The notes under the pieces are model-generated. The model was not told where the DNA came from. It was given only the letters and a program-made list of their open reading frames with translations, and did no database searches. Positions 18,390 to 20,035 of a stretch of DNA of 20,035 bases are shown in pieces. This DNA comes from Macrostomum lignano (lineage: Eukaryota). The stretch is taken from positions 1-20,035 of the forward strand of contig NIVC01005226.1 in the NCBI GenBank assembly GCA_002269645.1. The letters run 5' to 3'. A program made the translations under genes and the position numbers. Positions within the stretch are counted from its first letter, which is position 1. Each line of letters starts with the position of its first letter.

Positions 18390-19120
18390 ATTGTTCCCTT
18401 TGGTCTATGGGTGGGATAGGGAAATCTGTATTGAGTATTGTTCCCTTTGGTCTATGGGTGGGATAGGGAAATCTGTATTGAGTATTGTTCCCTTTGGTCT
18501 ATGGGTGGGATAGGGAAATCTGTATTGAGTATTGTTCCCTTTTGTCTATGGTTGGGATAGGGAAATCTGTATTGAGTATTGTTCCCTTTGGTCTATGGGT
18601 GGGATAGGGAAATCTGTATTGAGTATTGTTCCCTTTGGTCTATGGGTGGGATAGGGAAATCTGTATTGAGTATTGTTCCCTTTTGTCTATGGTTGGGATA
18701 GGGAAATCTGTATTGAGTATTGTTCCCTTTGGTCTATGGGTGGGATAGGGAAATCTGTATTGAGTATTGTTCCCTTTGGTCTATGGGTGGGATAGGGAAA
18801 TCTGTATTGAGTATTGTTCCCTTTGGTCTATGGGTGGGATAGGGAAATCTGTATTGAGTATTGTTCCCTTTTGTCTATGGTTGGGATAGGGAAATCTGTA
18901 TTGAGTATTGTTCCCTTTGGTCTATGGGTGGGATAGGGAAATCTGTATTGAGTATTGTTCCCTTTGGTCTATGGGTGGGATAGGGAAATCTGTATTGAGT
19001 ATTGTTCCCTTTTGTCTATGGGTGGGATAGGGAAATCTGTATTGATCGAGTATTGTTCCCTTTTGTCTATGGGTGGGATAGGGAAATCTGTATTGAGTAT
19101 TGTTCCCTTTTGTCTATGGT
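18390..19120. repeat. 47-bp minisatellite (GTTCCCTTTGGTCTATGGGTGGGATAGGGAAATCTGTATTGAGTATT), about 15 units
   Basis: Period 47, highly homogeneous. Confidence 0.97.
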
Positions 19121-20035
19121 TCAATTAAACTCTATCCATCAACGAATCAGGAAAAATCTTTGACAAAAGCATTTTGCTCATCATACATCATGTAGGGACA
19201 GATAAGATGCAGTCTATGAATAAATCGATAATAGACTGTCGTTAAATGTACTCGTACAAGCGTACATGCCATGAATATCAGTGTACGAGCTAATCTAATA
19301 GCCCGAAAAGAAATGTGTTGCGCGAATCATATCCTACGTTTTGGAAAAAAATCACTCGGTGCTCAAACTAACGCTAAATCCAGTTTTTTTAGTTTTTAGC
19401 CACGAGCATACGTTGAGCTGCCGGAACATTCCAGTACAAAGAGAGAGATAATCTGCAGAAGACGTGGAGTTCGCGGGTCTACCAATCATCAAATGTCCGG
19501 CAATCCTTATCAGCTGGCTGCTTTCTCAGAATGTGAAAACGGAAAGCATCTCAATCAAAGCATTGGAAGAAGACTGACTCAGCGGATTGCCAGTTTTTGA
19601 TTTATCGAATTAGATTGGTGAATAAAGCAACAGGCTTTTTTGATTGACAATAGTAGCTTTAATTTTAGTTCTTTTTGGAGTGTGTGAAACGCGAAGTTGT
19701 TATTGAAACACACAGTTAATAAGCATGACGCAGATGTTTGCCACTGAAAAAGTAGCAAAAAGTGATTTTCTACTTTGCGAAAAGTGAGTTTCAAGAGTTT
19801 CAGACTACTAGCAGTATTATTGAATGATTTCTGCTCAGTAACAGCACTGCTGAACAAAATGAGCAAAAGTGTGCGCCTAATCCAGCTACTGAAACGGGGG
19901 ACAGATAGGGAATCACCCAATCAAGCAAGTCTAGGTAGCCTCTCACCCAACCATCAGAAACTCAACAGCCGGAGACCAGGTAATCCACAGTGACCGAATC
20001 GGCTTGATGCTCTGTAGCTGTAGACCCGGGATGAT

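Overview
Eukaryotic (metazoan) genomic DNA. The window holds one intron-split + strand gene for a Goliath/Godzilla-family PA-TM-RING-H2 E3 ubiquitin ligase (RNF150/RNF130-like). Coding exons are 3041-3922, 4009-4080, 7272-7354, 9462-9699 and 10338-10580, all GT-AG and phase-compatible. The best terminal-exon candidate is 15431-15535 (about 540 aa in total), but the 3' end is uncertain. About 44% of the window (hand estimate) is tandem repeat: a dozen arrays, most with unrelated units that cluster at 19-22 bp and 45-48 bp, plus CT-rich and (GACA)n tracts. Nearly all long ORFs in the supplied track are artefacts of these arrays. Upstream of the gene lie an AT-rich, CpG-depleted segment with a clustered TGCAAC motif and a degraded Ty3/gypsy RNase H remnant, which is bracketed by a 109-bp inverted duplication showing one-sided CpG decay. 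The dense ~21-bp minisatellites and Ala/Gly-rich coding style resemble Macrostomum-type flatworm genomes; this is inference only. I see no rRNA, tRNA, CRISPR or prokaryotic features. The best leads are quantised minisatellite unit lengths, the asymmetric foldback, and a possible nested CRE/TATA-driven heptad-repeat transcript at 13943-15756.
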